From NCBI RefSeq assembly GCF_001194135.2, contig NC_068982.1, positions 55,230,663-55,263,223 on the forward strand: 32,561 bases of DNA, written 5' to 3'. The translations under genes and the position numbers were made by a program. Positions within the stretch are counted from its first letter, which is position 1. Every line of letters begins with the position of its first letter. The DNA is from Octopus bimaculoides. Lineage: Eukaryota. Below are positions 21,050 to 31,703 of this stretch, piece by piece. A model generated the notes under the pieces. The model searched no databases. It saw only the letters and a program-made list of their open reading frames with translations, and was not told where the DNA came from.

Positions 21050-21270
21050 GACCGGTAATAAAGTGACAGACAAAAAAGTCAGTAATAAAGGCACAAGTTT
21101 GGCTAAGAAAAAAGTCGCAATTAATTTATGGTGGCCGGTAATAGAATCCCAGGAAAAAAGTCACAATTGATTTATGGGATCTGGTCAAAACCCCCCTAGG
21201 ACAAAACTCCCTAGGACAAAACTCCCTAGGACAAAACTCCCTAGAACAACCCCCTCCTGGACAAAACCCC
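21050..21270. mobile_element. Stacked MULE-like termini (ggtaataaagt/aaaaaagtcac repeats, then a 15-bp ctaggacaaaactcc array)
   Basis: Direct repeats are visible. 21176-21270 is the inverted counterpart of 20720-20820. Confidence 0.5.
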
Positions 21271-21469
21271 TGTAACTTTTTTTTTTACCTGGATTCGAGC
21301 TGTTTTCATAACATGAAACTAATAGAAACTCATAAAAATATATACTGTGTTTATTAAGTAATATTTCTCTCTCACCAGCTGGAGTACTTTTATTATTTAC
21401 CTTACCATCACGGAACAGTACACTATATACATATATATTTACTATTTAAACTACGGAAACTTATTGAGT

Positions 21470-21835
21470 ACTTTACTTCATTCACTTTGTAACGAAAACT
21501 TCAGCTTAAATTTTCCACATTGTTTGATATAGCTTAAGAATATTCGGAGTGTACCTAGCCATCTCCCACGGCAATAATGAGCCGAACAGTACTGTTACGG
21601 AGGCACTAGTGTGTAGTATATTGCTTAGTTACAGGTTTACCTTAATATTGTACACCATATTTCTGTGACATCAACTGAAGTTCTTGCATAATCCTCGAAT
21701 GACTAAGATTTCTTATCGAAACAATGCAAATCGCCGAATAAATTGTTGATGTTTTATTTGTTGGAGTTTCCAACAAGGAAGCAATAGATAAAAATGTCTT
21801 GCAAAGACGGAACTTTTTCACCGAGAAAAGTACCT
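21470..21835 (-). pseudogene. Possible heavily decayed MULE transposase C-terminal relic
   Basis: Minus-strand pieces LSHSRIMQELQLMSQKY (similar to LSQ..RKIQELGL..KY), RLIIAVGDG (similar to RTNNAVEGW) and TMWK...LQSE (similar to TIWKFI..LQ.EQ). They need frameshifts and a deletion, and lie next to MULE-like termini. Confidence 0.25.
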
Positions 21836-22410
21836 GATTCAATATTTAAAAACCATTAAATGATAGTATTATCTATACTTTATAAATATATTGACGTAGT
21901 CAGCTATCGTAATATTTATTATATTTATTTATATAACACGCAGACGAGTTCTTGAATCAAGATCTATTTATATTTATAGTCATTGTGTACTGAGTAACAT
22001 TTACATTTTTTATGTCAGCCTTTTTATGTCATTTAAGAAGAATGAAATTATTTTTAACATGTATTTTTTTATCAGTTACTTCCTTGTTATAAACTTATTT
22101 TATAGAGCCTCTCTCATTATTTCTTTAACGTCCTCTTCGCGCTTTGGAATGTGTCTGTATAAATATAACGAGTGCATGTCTGTTTGTGTTTTAGAGAGAT
22201 AGACAGATAGAGAGAGAGATTGTATATGTGTGTATGAGAGAGAAAAAGTGTGTGTGTATGAGTGATATATATGCACTTTTATATATGCACGTTTATTTAG
22301 TTTTTCATAACTAAAATGAAACATTACATATACTCCAATGTTTAAATAAGACATGTGCTATTGAGAAAAATAAAAAATATTTATGGTTTCTAATTATTGA
22401 TTAACCATAG

Positions 22411-22560
22411 GAGCAGGTATGATTGTATGGTTAAAAAGTTCGTTTTGCAACCACACGGCTTCGAGTTCAGTCTACTGCGCGGCATCTTGGGTAGGTGCTC
22501 GCTGCTGTAACTCAAGTCTATCAATGCCTTGTGAATGAATTTGGTAGATGGAAACTGTGT
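22411..22560 (+). mobile_element. SINE family B head and core
   Basis: tgtatggttaaaaagttcg...gagttcagtctactgcgcggcatcttggg...aatgccttgtgaatgaatttggtagatggaaactg. Confidence 0.8.
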
Positions 22561-22585
22561 TTATTTATGTATATGTATTACATTG

Positions 22586-22749
22586 ACCCTCCCCCAGTGT
22601 TCAACTGCTACTTATTTCATCGATCTCGGGACGATGAAACGCAAAGTCGACCTCGGTGGCATTTGAACTCATGAGGTAAAACCAGTATAAATGCCGTTAA
22701 GCAGTTTTTTTTCCGGCGTACTAACGCTTCTGCCAACTCACCGCCTTTC
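22586..22749 (-). mobile_element. SINE family A copy
   Basis: Reverse complement matches the family A head and core. Confidence 0.85.
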
Positions 22750-22813
22750 AAAGATTTAATATTAAAAAAAAAAATTGGTTTACAGAAATATGGATACATG
22801 CAGGTTTACAAAT

Positions 22814-23025
22814 GTTTTTTGTGTTCGCTCTCTACCACTACTTGTCAACCGCTGAGAGTTTCTTTACATCCTCGTAAAATAGTGGTCCAGAAAAAAGAGA
22901 ACGATAGAATAATTACCCGACTTAAAAGATTAGTACTAGGGTCGATTTGTTCGTCTAAACCCTTCAAGGCGGTGCTCCAGCATGGCTGCGGTCTAATGAC
23001 AGACACAGGTTGAAAATAAAAGACG
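22814..23025 (+). mobile_element. SINE family B 3' half
   Basis: cttgtcaaccgct...gagaacgatagaataatta...gggtcgatttgttcg.ctaaacccttcaaggcggtgctccagcatggctgcggtctaatgac; same order as 27650-27835. Confidence 0.8.
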
Positions 23026-23029
23026 GTTA

Positions 23030-23244
23030 ACATTCTTTCCATTATAGGCCCAAGACGTGAAACTGTCGGGGAGGGGGAATCGATTGCATTGACCCCAGTT
23101 CTCAACTGCTACTTATTTCATCGACTCCGAAAGGATGAGAGGCAAGTGGATCTCGGCTGCATTTGAACTCAGAATGCAAAACAGGTAGAAATGCCGCTAA
23201 GCGTTCTTTCCGACGAAGTAATGTTTCTGCCTGTTCGCTGCCTT
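23030..23244 (-). mobile_element. SINE family A copy (alternative tail type)
   Basis: Reverse complement matches family A, with a tail like gggcctataatggaaaga as in the copy ending at 17385. Confidence 0.85.
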
Positions 23245-23979
23245 TACAAGAAGATTAAAATAGTAAAAAAGATTGCGTTTTCAGAAATATGAATATATGC
23301 AGGTTTACAAATTTCAGGCTGTATAAATTAGCAGTGAATTTAATTTTGACTTTGATTAGGATAACAATACTTAATCTCCAAGCAGGCCAAGATAAGTATT
23401 TCTCTGGCATGATTAGGCCAACACCGATAGGCTATCAACAATAGAAAAGAATCTGTGAAGCTACGTATTTCTCATGTATCATACATTTCCGTACATTCGT
23501 TATTTGAACCTGTTTATAAATATAAAATTTACAAATAAAGATGAACAGGCAGAAGATAATTCCTGGGATAAGGTAGACACAGCATTATTGAAGTTAAATA
23601 AGAATATTAAAGTTAAGTCAATAATGAACCGTCCAAAACGATCATGTGTATCTATGTGTGTATACATGCGACATTACTGAACTTGCAATCTCTGTCTAAC
23701 TATATTAGCTAGCAGCCGATTTTTGTTTAGCATGCTGCGCCAGTGGATACTTGCTACTAATGAAGCTCGAAAAAGCGGAAATGTGGATTTGGCAATACCA
23801 CTGCCGCATCTGGACGGATTTCGCTTGCAGTTGCTGTTGCTCTATTTCTGTCTTTTAACATTATATGTTTATAAGAGATGCTTTCTCAAGACTAATACCG
23901 CAGTTCAAAAGGCTTTCAACACTATATATGCGTTAAGTATGATATATAAATCACTAATATGTATGTATGTATGTATGCA

Positions 23980-24282
23980 GTTTTGTATGTTTTGTTTTAT
24001 GTATGTATTCTCACGCATATAGCTGCATATCTAGACATGCTCATATATATTTAAATAATGAACTTCTGAAAAGTTTTATAGATTTTTACAGTTCCAGTCG
24101 TCGAATTAGCTTTTTCCTTTCTGGTTTTGAGAAGCCTAATTTCTCAAGATTAGTACTTAGGCAGTGTGTTACATATCCCAGGGCCCCAATAATTACAGGT
24201 ATAAACCTGAACTTGCAATCTAGATAGAGTAACTGCAGATTTCTCAATAGCCAAGCGTAGATATTATCTTTTTCACCGATCT
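23980..24282 (-). mobile_element. 5'-truncated RLE-type non-LTR retrotransposon embedded in (TATG)n
   Basis: KIGEKDNIYAWLLRNLQLLYLDCKFRFIPVIIGALGYVTHCLSTNLEKLGFSKPERKKLIRRL, then after a deletion GTVKIYKTFQKFII*. This is an RLE C-terminus (K..Y..L....L....F.FIP.IIGALG). There is a ~100-bp 3'UTR and (TATG)n on both flanks. Clade not assigned. Confidence 0.85.
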
Positions 24283-25027
24283 TGTATGTATGTATGTATG
24301 TATGTATCCGTCTGTGTGTGCATAATAGACACACAACTGCTCCTCAGAGCACACCTTAATTTATCGAAACTGAGAAATTTTTGACCGTGAGTACTCGATA
24401 ACAAATTATTAATTAATTAGAGCTATGTCAAAGGTCTATATATAAGAAACAAGACGAAAGAAAAGCCAGACTAATCTCCCAAGCAGTGTGTATTATCTTA
24501 CAAAGGCAATGGCTAACGTTTCTTTGCTTTGGGCATGACACATCAGTCAGAGTTGTGATTCCGATGAATATATGACACACCTAGACCAATAGCTTTAAAA
24601 AGCAAGCGGGACAAACAGTAGGGACTGAACAAACGAATGTAAATTACCTCATCAGTGCTTGACCGTGAGAAATCTAAAATTTTAAAATATCCAGGTGTGA
24701 TTTATGTGAAAAAAAAATAGATGTACATGTTTTTCACAGCGCGTGAGGGGTGAACGATATTGAGAATTCAAGTAGTTTTACGGTTCCCTCTATGAATATT
24801 TGAACTATTTAGTATTAGTACAGTGAAATATTTTTATTGAATGACGGAGTATGATAATAAAGCTGTTAGGAAAATGAATTCGATACCAACGTTTGGTTCT
24901 CGTTATTTGAAGTCTCTTCGCTGTCGTTGAGAGGGAAATGGTTTGAATTTACCAACAAGTATTTTTTTCTCCCATAAATCTATCTTTACGTGATAAGAAA
25001 TCGTTATTTCATATTTTCTGATGAAGA

Positions 25028-25777
25028 AGGTGGCAAGGTGAATTTTTTAAAATTTTTTTAGTACGACAAACAACATGCTTAGCAGTTCTTTACATTCTGA
25101 GTTCAAATCCCGCCGAGGTAATCAGTTTTGTCTTTCATCGTTTCGAGGTCGATAAAATAAAATAGCATTCAAATGCTGGGGACTATATAATTGTCTTGTT
25201 CCTTCCCCTCAAAACTGCTTACCTTGCACTAAAATTTGAAACTATACTTATATTGGGAGACAAATTTGATACTGATGTTATGTTATTATGCATATTTAGT
25301 TATCAGTACAATATAGCACCATATATGAGGTGTTGTTTCAAAGGCGGCGAGCTGGCAGGATCGTTAGCACGCCGGGCGAAATGCTTAGCAACTTTCTTCC
25401 GTCTTCGTGTTCTGAGTTCAAATTCCTCCGGGGTCAAGTTTACCTTTCATCCTTTCGGGATCGATAAATAAGTACCAGTTGACTACTGGAGTCGATGAAA
25501 TCGACTTACCCCTCTACCGAAATAGCTGGTTTTGTGCCAAAATTTGAAATAAATAAGAGGTGTTGGTTTAGGCAGCGAGCTGGCAGAATGGGTAGCACGC
25601 CGGGAAAAATGCTTAGCAGCATTTCGTCTGTCTGTATATTCTGAGTCCAAATTCCGCCGAGGTCGACTTTACCTTTCGGGGGTCGATAAAATAAGTACCA
25701 GTTGAAAACTGAGGTCGATGTAATCGACACACTCCACCCCTAAAATTACTTTCTTGTGCTTAAATTTGAGACCAATA
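25028..25777 (+). mobile_element. Three SINE family A copies in direct orientation (25028-25243 decayed, 25342-25552, 25570-25777)
   Basis: Family A modules; the short spacer motif gaggtgttg/caggtgttg recurs next to the copies. Confidence 0.9.
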
Positions 25778-26599
25778 TCAGGTGTTGATGCTTTTAAAAA
25801 TGGAATGTATTCAATGGCTTGATATGCAAGTATTTGGTTTTGTGTGTGATTTCTTTTATTGTTTTTGTGTAACTTTAAACTTTAGCTTATAACACCATTT
25901 TATGGTGATGTGGCAAGGAATAACTTTCATGTGGTTTAATGAATTATTCTTATAATTCCCTACTTATAAAAGCAAAAGGTACAAACTTCAAGCTAATGAT
26001 TTCGTCATCGTGTTATTAGCAAGAGAAGTATGTCACGATCTAGATAATTTGCCACCATAATCACAATCTACGTACGTAACTAAATATTACGCAAACTTGG
26101 TCCGTATTAAAATTCTGCCGTAAAAGATGCTTAATGTTTTTAAAATTTCGCTTTTGATTTGATATTTACATTTATTTATGCTATGAATCATAAAAGAAAC
26201 AAAAGATTATCAATAGTTGTCAGGAAGTTAGGTATAAGGTGTCACAGCAGGCGATGAGTCATGAGTAAGTATTAGATATCAGAGATATATTAGGTGTCAT
26301 ATATCAAGGTTTTTAAAATGAACCATAAACTAATTTAGTCAGGTCTGTCGAAACAAACTGTTTGATAAGACAGCTTATCTTTGAAGAGGTCAAAATGCAG
26401 ATTTATTCAAATACTGCCTGTAATATATTTTAAGTCACGCAAATATTACATCTTTATTGTATTTCTAATAACTGAATCTCTTGTTTACAATTTCCATATG
26501 ATACATATTCCAATTATGAGAAAGAACTTTCAGCAAAAAAAATTGCTCCGGTGAAGAGCTTCTTATGATTTCTAAAGCAAATTAGGTCCCCACCTAAAG

Positions 26600-26830
26600 C
26601 AGGCATGAGCAATCTTTTTTCAGATACGAGGCCGCATGAGACAAGGCTAGTCATCAGAAGGGCCGCACTACTAAAAATATCCAAGGTAATTTTTCGTTAG
26701 ACGTGTCTTTCAGAAAGTTCTGCGAGCTGCATACTGTTCTGCTAAAAAAAAGAAAAAATCCTTTATGCGTACCATTCAAAAAGTCTCACGAGCCGCATGC
26801 GGCCCGGTGGTCGTAGTTTTCTCATGATTA
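26600..26830. mobile_element. hAT (Charlie-like) MITE with 8-bp TSD
   Basis: Termini caggcatgagcaa...ttctcatgatta, internal gggccgca motifs, and TSD acctaaag (26592-26599) / acctacag (26831-26838), a 7/8 match. Confidence 0.85.
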
Positions 26831-26929
26831 ACCTACAGTTTCAAACTGCAAAACAAAAGCACACTTTACATTTCTTTCATTTTATTGTCATCATTTACCT
26901 CCAGATCAATCCTATGTCCCAAAACAACC

Positions 26930-27085
26930 AGTGATGACCATCCCGCTTCTTTCTTTCTTTCTTTCTTTCTTTGCTGACATGGTTTATCTAACACGGCATT
27001 AACCTAGTAACCTTTTAAAACGCGATAAGGTAGTGGACATTTCATTGCTACTTCTAGCAGGTCGAATTACCATGTCTCAGTTGAC
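26930..27085 (+). mobile_element. Decayed interspersed repeat (family D)
   Basis: atgaccatcccgc...ttgctacttctagcaggtcga, shared with the minus copy at 2545-2750. Confidence 0.4.
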
Positions 27086-27206
27086 ATTCTCTTGAATTTG
27101 ACTGCTATGAGTTGCTATACTCGACTACCTTGTGTCTCGTAACACTGACTTTTATTTGTGTTCTTAGAGCAGCATGCCCAACTAATCTGAATCTATCTAT
27201 CTAGAT

Positions 27207-27300
27207 CAGTGGTTCTCAACCATTTTTTATCTATGGACCCCTTTGATTACTATGTTACTCTGATGGACCTCTGTAGTTACTCGATGCTTAAACGCTAGTT
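27207..27300 (+). mobile_element. hAT MITE left end (truncated)
   Basis: cagtggttctcaacc terminus preceded by atctagat, the NTCTAGAN target typical of Charlie-type hATs. No right end found. Confidence 0.6.
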
Positions 27301-27404
27301 TTATAGATACTCCTTTCGAAATTCCTATTTTCAATAACTTTACACTCGGAATTTATGACAAAAATTTTTACGAAATTGTATAATTCCTTTGTTAATACAT
27401 GCAG

Positions 27405-27835
27405 TTATGGCTATATAGTTAAGAAGTTCACTTTGCAACTACTTGATATTGGGTTCGATGTCACTACACAGCACTTTGCGCAAGTGTCTTCTACTATTGT
27501 CCCGGGTCGACCAAAGCCTTGTGAATGAATTTGGTAGGTGAAAAGTGTGTGGAAGCCTTTAGTGAATATATGTATGTATGCATGTATGCAAGCATGTATG
27601 TATGTATGTATGTATGTATGTATGTATGTATGCATGGATGTATGTATTTGCTTGTGTCTTTGTCTTTGTCCCGCCACTGCCTGACAACCCATAGCGGTTG
27701 GCCAAAAACTAGAGACCGATAGAATAAGTACCAGACTTAGAAAAAAATAATTGGGATTGATTTGTTCGACTGAAAAACACTGTAAGCTGGTGCCCCAGTA
27801 TGGCTGCAGTGTAATGAGTGAAAGAATAAAGGGTA
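27405..27835 (+). mobile_element. SINE family B, near full length (head, core, internal (TATG)n, tail)
   Basis: Contains in order the head and core seen at 8170, 22411, 30158 and 31446 and the tail seen at 20630 and 22814. Confidence 0.88.
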
Positions 27836-28089
27836 GAAGATATGAGCTGCAAAATATATTTACGTGTATTTGTATTCATGATTTAAGCATATTGTATTAA
27901 TCTATGGTTTTATGTTGTGTATGGCAGAGGCATGCAAAATTAAACAGAGGAGGTGCTTGAGATTGATGCCATTAATGAGAAAATCAATTTTGAGTAGATT
28001 GTGTGCGTTTACTGTTCGGAAAAGAAGCATGTTGTAAAATGGAAGAGAAATACAATAGAACACAACATATCGATTTCCACTGTTGGTCA

Positions 28090-28445
28090 AGAGGAGTTTC
28101 AGGTCTTATAACATCAGACACTCTCACCCAGGTAACCCATCCGGAATTGATCAAGCCTCAGTACCCCTAGTAGCACTGCCCCTTTTATGGCTCATACCAG
28201 AGCCACCTTAAAGTAATCTCCGCTGCCTCCACAGCCATCTGATGGCCTTCTGCTCCTGTCATGCCAAGTATGTTGTAAGCTCTTTAGAAGGACTGGCCCG
28301 CAAATCCTCTACAGCCCACCTGGTTGGGAATCACACCTTGCTAGCAACCTATTGCTTCGAATCAGCTTCTCTCGCTCAGCATATTTCATCCTCTTCCTCT
28401 TGTTAGCCACATCGATAGGGTCCTCCCAGAGAACGGAGAGTGAAG
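28090..28445 (-). mobile_element. 5'-truncated HERO-like non-LTR retrotransposon (RLE C-terminus and 3'UTR)
   Basis: LSVLWEDPIDVANKRKRMKYAE...ARCD, then after frameshifts QVGCRGFAGQSF*RAYNILGMTG and EAAEITLRWLW. This resembles the HERO pattern ELTVPWE...A.ERK..KY..L / EVGCRGF.G.S / EAAE..SRWLW. The 3'UTR reads gggttacctgggtgagagtgtctgatgtt...gacctgaaac. Confidence 0.8.
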
Positions 28446-28744
28446 CATCGTACAGAAACCGAAACCGAAACAACAGAAACAACAAAACACTGGAAGATCT
28501 TAATAATGTTAAAAGAAGTTTGTTGATCACGCGATCTAGGTTTAGCAATTAATGAAAGTGAGGAGGAGTGTTGTCAATTATTATATATAACAGTACTCCA
28601 CTGTTGGGTGTGTTAGTGAATTGCAGCATTTCAATTATTCAGGCCTAAATTACTATATGGCCTTGAAGAGGAATGTTTTACGTATTGCATGCATATCTAT
28701 GAATGCAGCCAATAAATCATTCCTTCAGGCAGCTATTTAATCAT

Positions 28745-28845
28745 GCGCGCGCACACATACATACACACACGTATACATACATACATACATACATACATAC
28801 ATACATACATACATACATACATACATACATGTGTGTGTGTGCTTA
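28745..28845. repeat. (CATA)n microsatellite
   Basis: Direct. Confidence 0.95.
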
Positions 28846-29114
28846 CATATACAAGCAAACACCCTTCCTTTTATTTCATGGCTGAAGAGAAAATCATTGA
28901 CCCTTACGATGTCAAGATGTCCTTTTTGGAGAATATAATTTAACTTATTTTTTTTCCCTTTTCGAATTCCCTACTTATTTTTCAGTAAGCAAACCGGAGC
29001 ATGTAGCAGTATAATTTTCTCAGAAGAAATGTTAATGTGTTGAACAGTGTCAGCCAGCCATTAGACGTTTGTGAAGTGAGTATACGTGAGTTGAAAGAAT
29101 GGCGAATTGTAGCA

Positions 29115-29226
29115 TATAATAATAGAAAGAAGAAGAAGAAGAAGAAGAAGAAGAAGAAGAAGAAGAAGAAGAAGAAGAAGAAGAAGAAGAAGAAGAAGAA
29201 GAAGAAGAAGACGACGACGACGACGA
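29115..29226. repeat. (AAT)(GAA)n(GAC)n compound microsatellite
   Basis: Direct; it abuts the element at 29227 and is probably its tail or target. Confidence 0.95.
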
Positions 29227-29750
29227 CCCTGATGCAGTACTAGGCAGTGGCTCTCATAACTTCTGATCTTAACTGATTGGAAGTGTTATCATGTACATTG
29301 TTTTGTCTTGGTATAAAAGATGGGTTACAGCAAATATTCTGTTCAATACCAAAGATTTGCTTATCAGTTGCTTGACCTTAACCAATTGAGCATGTCCCTT
29401 GGTGGCTGATGATATGTGCATCTCTAACTACGAACAGAAGTAGTGGGGGAGCATCATAGCCATGTGTTGAGAGGAATTCTTTGGAGTTTGGATAATTCAT
29501 CTTTGGAAGCATAGGTATTTTGTTCAACATCCTTAAACATCCCTTATTCAGGAACCTTTTGAGCGGGATGGGCTAATCGACCTGAAGAAAATTCTAACTG
29601 GGTCCCACCTGCAAGGTCATGCGCTCTTTATCTTGATATGAGATCACCATGTCGCGCACATATGGCTGTGATGCATGTGCCTGATGTACCCTTGTCAGAC
29701 GGGTAATCATGATGGGTATACTATTTTACCCCAGTGTCACTTTGATGGCA
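29227..29750 (-). mobile_element. ~520-bp non-coding retroposon-like repeat (long SINE or LINE 3'UTR), 5'-truncated
   Basis: GC-richer block without an ORF, ending on the minus strand at ...actgcatcaggg directly followed by the trinucleotide run. I recall it as an abundant Octopus repeat (unverified). Confidence 0.6.
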
Positions 29751-29819
29751 AAGAAGGAACAGGTCAAAGAAGGAACAGGTCAAAGAAGGAAAAGTAGAAA
29801 GAAAGAGAAAGATTCATAG

Positions 29820-29857
29820 ACAGATAGATAGATAAACAGATTGACCGACGGATACAC

Positions 29858-29906
<49 letters not shown>
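29820..29906. repeat. (GATA)n microsatellite
   Basis: Direct. Confidence 0.95.
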
Positions 29907-30157
29907 TGAATTTTAAAATCTATAACTAAAATATAGTCGTGCCAATATAATAGCAGCATCTCCTGTATGAGTACAATGCCTATAATGCAGACCTAAGTTA
30001 TATAAATGAATGCAAACAAATTACGCTCTACAAAAAATATCACAGTTTAATGAGAGGCTCCAAGGAGAAGCTACATGAGATACATGGGCTTTATTTTTAA
30101 TTTAAGATTTGAAATTTGAAATTGCAAGCCCTGACATAGACTACTAATAAATATACA

Positions 30158-30312
30158 GGTGTAGCTATGGCTATGTGGTTAAGAAGCCCCGCTTTGCAGC
30201 CATGTTGTTTCGGGTTCAGTCCCACTGCACGTTCTCCTTGGGTAAGAGTCTTTTACTATAAACCTCAGGCCGACTAATACCTTGTGAGTGAATTTGGTGG
30301 GAAACCCAACGT
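30158..30312 (+). mobile_element. SINE family B head and core
   Basis: atggctatgtggttaagaag...gggttcagtcccactgcacg...ccttgggtaagagtctttta...ccttgtgagtgaatttgg. Confidence 0.85.
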
Positions 30313-31445
30313 ATGTATATTTGTGCGTGTGTGTATGGGGGGGGGGGCATGAGTGTATCTATATGTCGTGTATATGTGCCTTTGCGTTTGTACTTGTCAC
30401 CAACAACTCACCGATCGAATTTATTTTAGGCCACGATATTATTAAGCAAGATAGACTGCACGTTATACGTGCGTAAGAATTTGTGTATGCATATGTATAT
30501 GCATGCATGTGTTCATAACTGTATTCATGTGTATGTATGCATATGCGTGTACATTTGTACGAGAACTCAATAAGTCCCATCCATATGTGTTGCGCACGCA
30601 TACGTCTATGTGTGAGTACGTGTATAGCTCTCGTAGGTATATCTGCTAAGGCTATCATGGTGAAACTCTTTAATAGGAATACGCCCGGATTAAGGAACCT
30701 ATAAGGCTAAAATATCTTAACAGGGTTTTTTTTTTTAATCTGTGTGGGTATTTATCTATGCAAGAAAACGATTTCTGACGTATTAGACGACCCCGATCAC
30801 TTTTCAGCGTTCTATATTGTCACATACACTCGTTGCCGATTATCATTTTCTCATATATGCTGCATAGAAGCACACTGCAAGATATAAATAGGTACCAATA
30901 TACAATACGTACCGTGTAACTCAAGTGCAATAATGTTGACCGACACTTTTAAGTTGACGTGAAATTATGCTTATAGTTTCATTAGATGGTATGATGAAAC
31001 TGAACTAAGATTCGGTGATTGTTAACTTTTGAAATAAATAATGACAGATGTTCAGGCGGTAAACTCAACAGAGAAATGTAGGATTATTTATTGGTAGAGC
31101 AGTGTCTTTGATTTGTTTCGTTTCAATACTAAAACATTTTTTTTTTTACCTAATATCCATTCACATTTTATATTCCACAGAATTAATCACTTCTGTCTAA
31201 AGCGGTTTTTCTTCGGTGATTACAATTTCAGACTTGCTTCTAAGAACACACTAGCGTCATCTAAATTATCTCAGTCCAATTTCCAATTCAAAGAGCAAAG
31301 TATACAAATGACAAATGTGTTTTAATAAATCATGTGTATGAGTGTGTGTAGGTGGGTGGGCGAAACACCTCCCCACCGTAAGCAAGCTGCATTAAATTAA
31401 CATGTTAATTTCGGATAAGTAATGCTTACTCCTTTATATATACAT

Positions 31446-31589
31446 GCGCAAGCGTGGCTGTGTGGTAAGGAGTTTGCTTCCCAATCACATAGTTCCGAAT
31501 TCATCCCCATTGTTGCACCTAGGGCAAGCCTCGGGTCGACCAATGCTTTATGAATGGATTTGATAGACGGAAACTGAAAGTAGCCCGTC

Positions 31590-31646
<57 letters not shown>

Positions 31647-31685
31647 GTGTGTGAGTGTGTTTGAGAGAGAGAGAGAGAGAGAGTA
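31446..31685 (+). mobile_element. SINE family B head and core with trailing (TG)n(GA)n
   Basis: gcgtggctgtgtggtaaggagtttgcttcccaatcac...gcctcgggtcgaccaatgc...tagacggaaactgaaagtagcccgtcgtata. Confidence 0.88.
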
Positions 31686-31703
31686 GATAACAACAACAGA
31701 GCA

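Noticed and set aside
21185-21270. Regular 15-bp repeats (also the 16-bp and 22-bp arrays at 31704 and 32190) as a CRISPR-like array
   Set aside because: Units are directly adjacent with no unique spacers, there are no cas genes, and the context is eukaryotic.
23676-23850. Possible extra RLE fragment (EIRPDAAVV...) and a 15-mer shared with 24207
   Set aside because: Multiple stops and no consistent downstream motif; a 15-bp match is near chance level in this composition.
28095-28125. Hammerhead-like ctgatg...gaaac in the HERO-like 3'UTR
   Set aside because: The core is CUGAUGU rather than CUGANGA, with no proper stems II or III.
29037-29243. ORF ending in poly-K/poly-T
   Set aside because: Runs into the (GAA)n(GAC)n repeat. 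Only its first 13 codons overlap a weak exon candidate.
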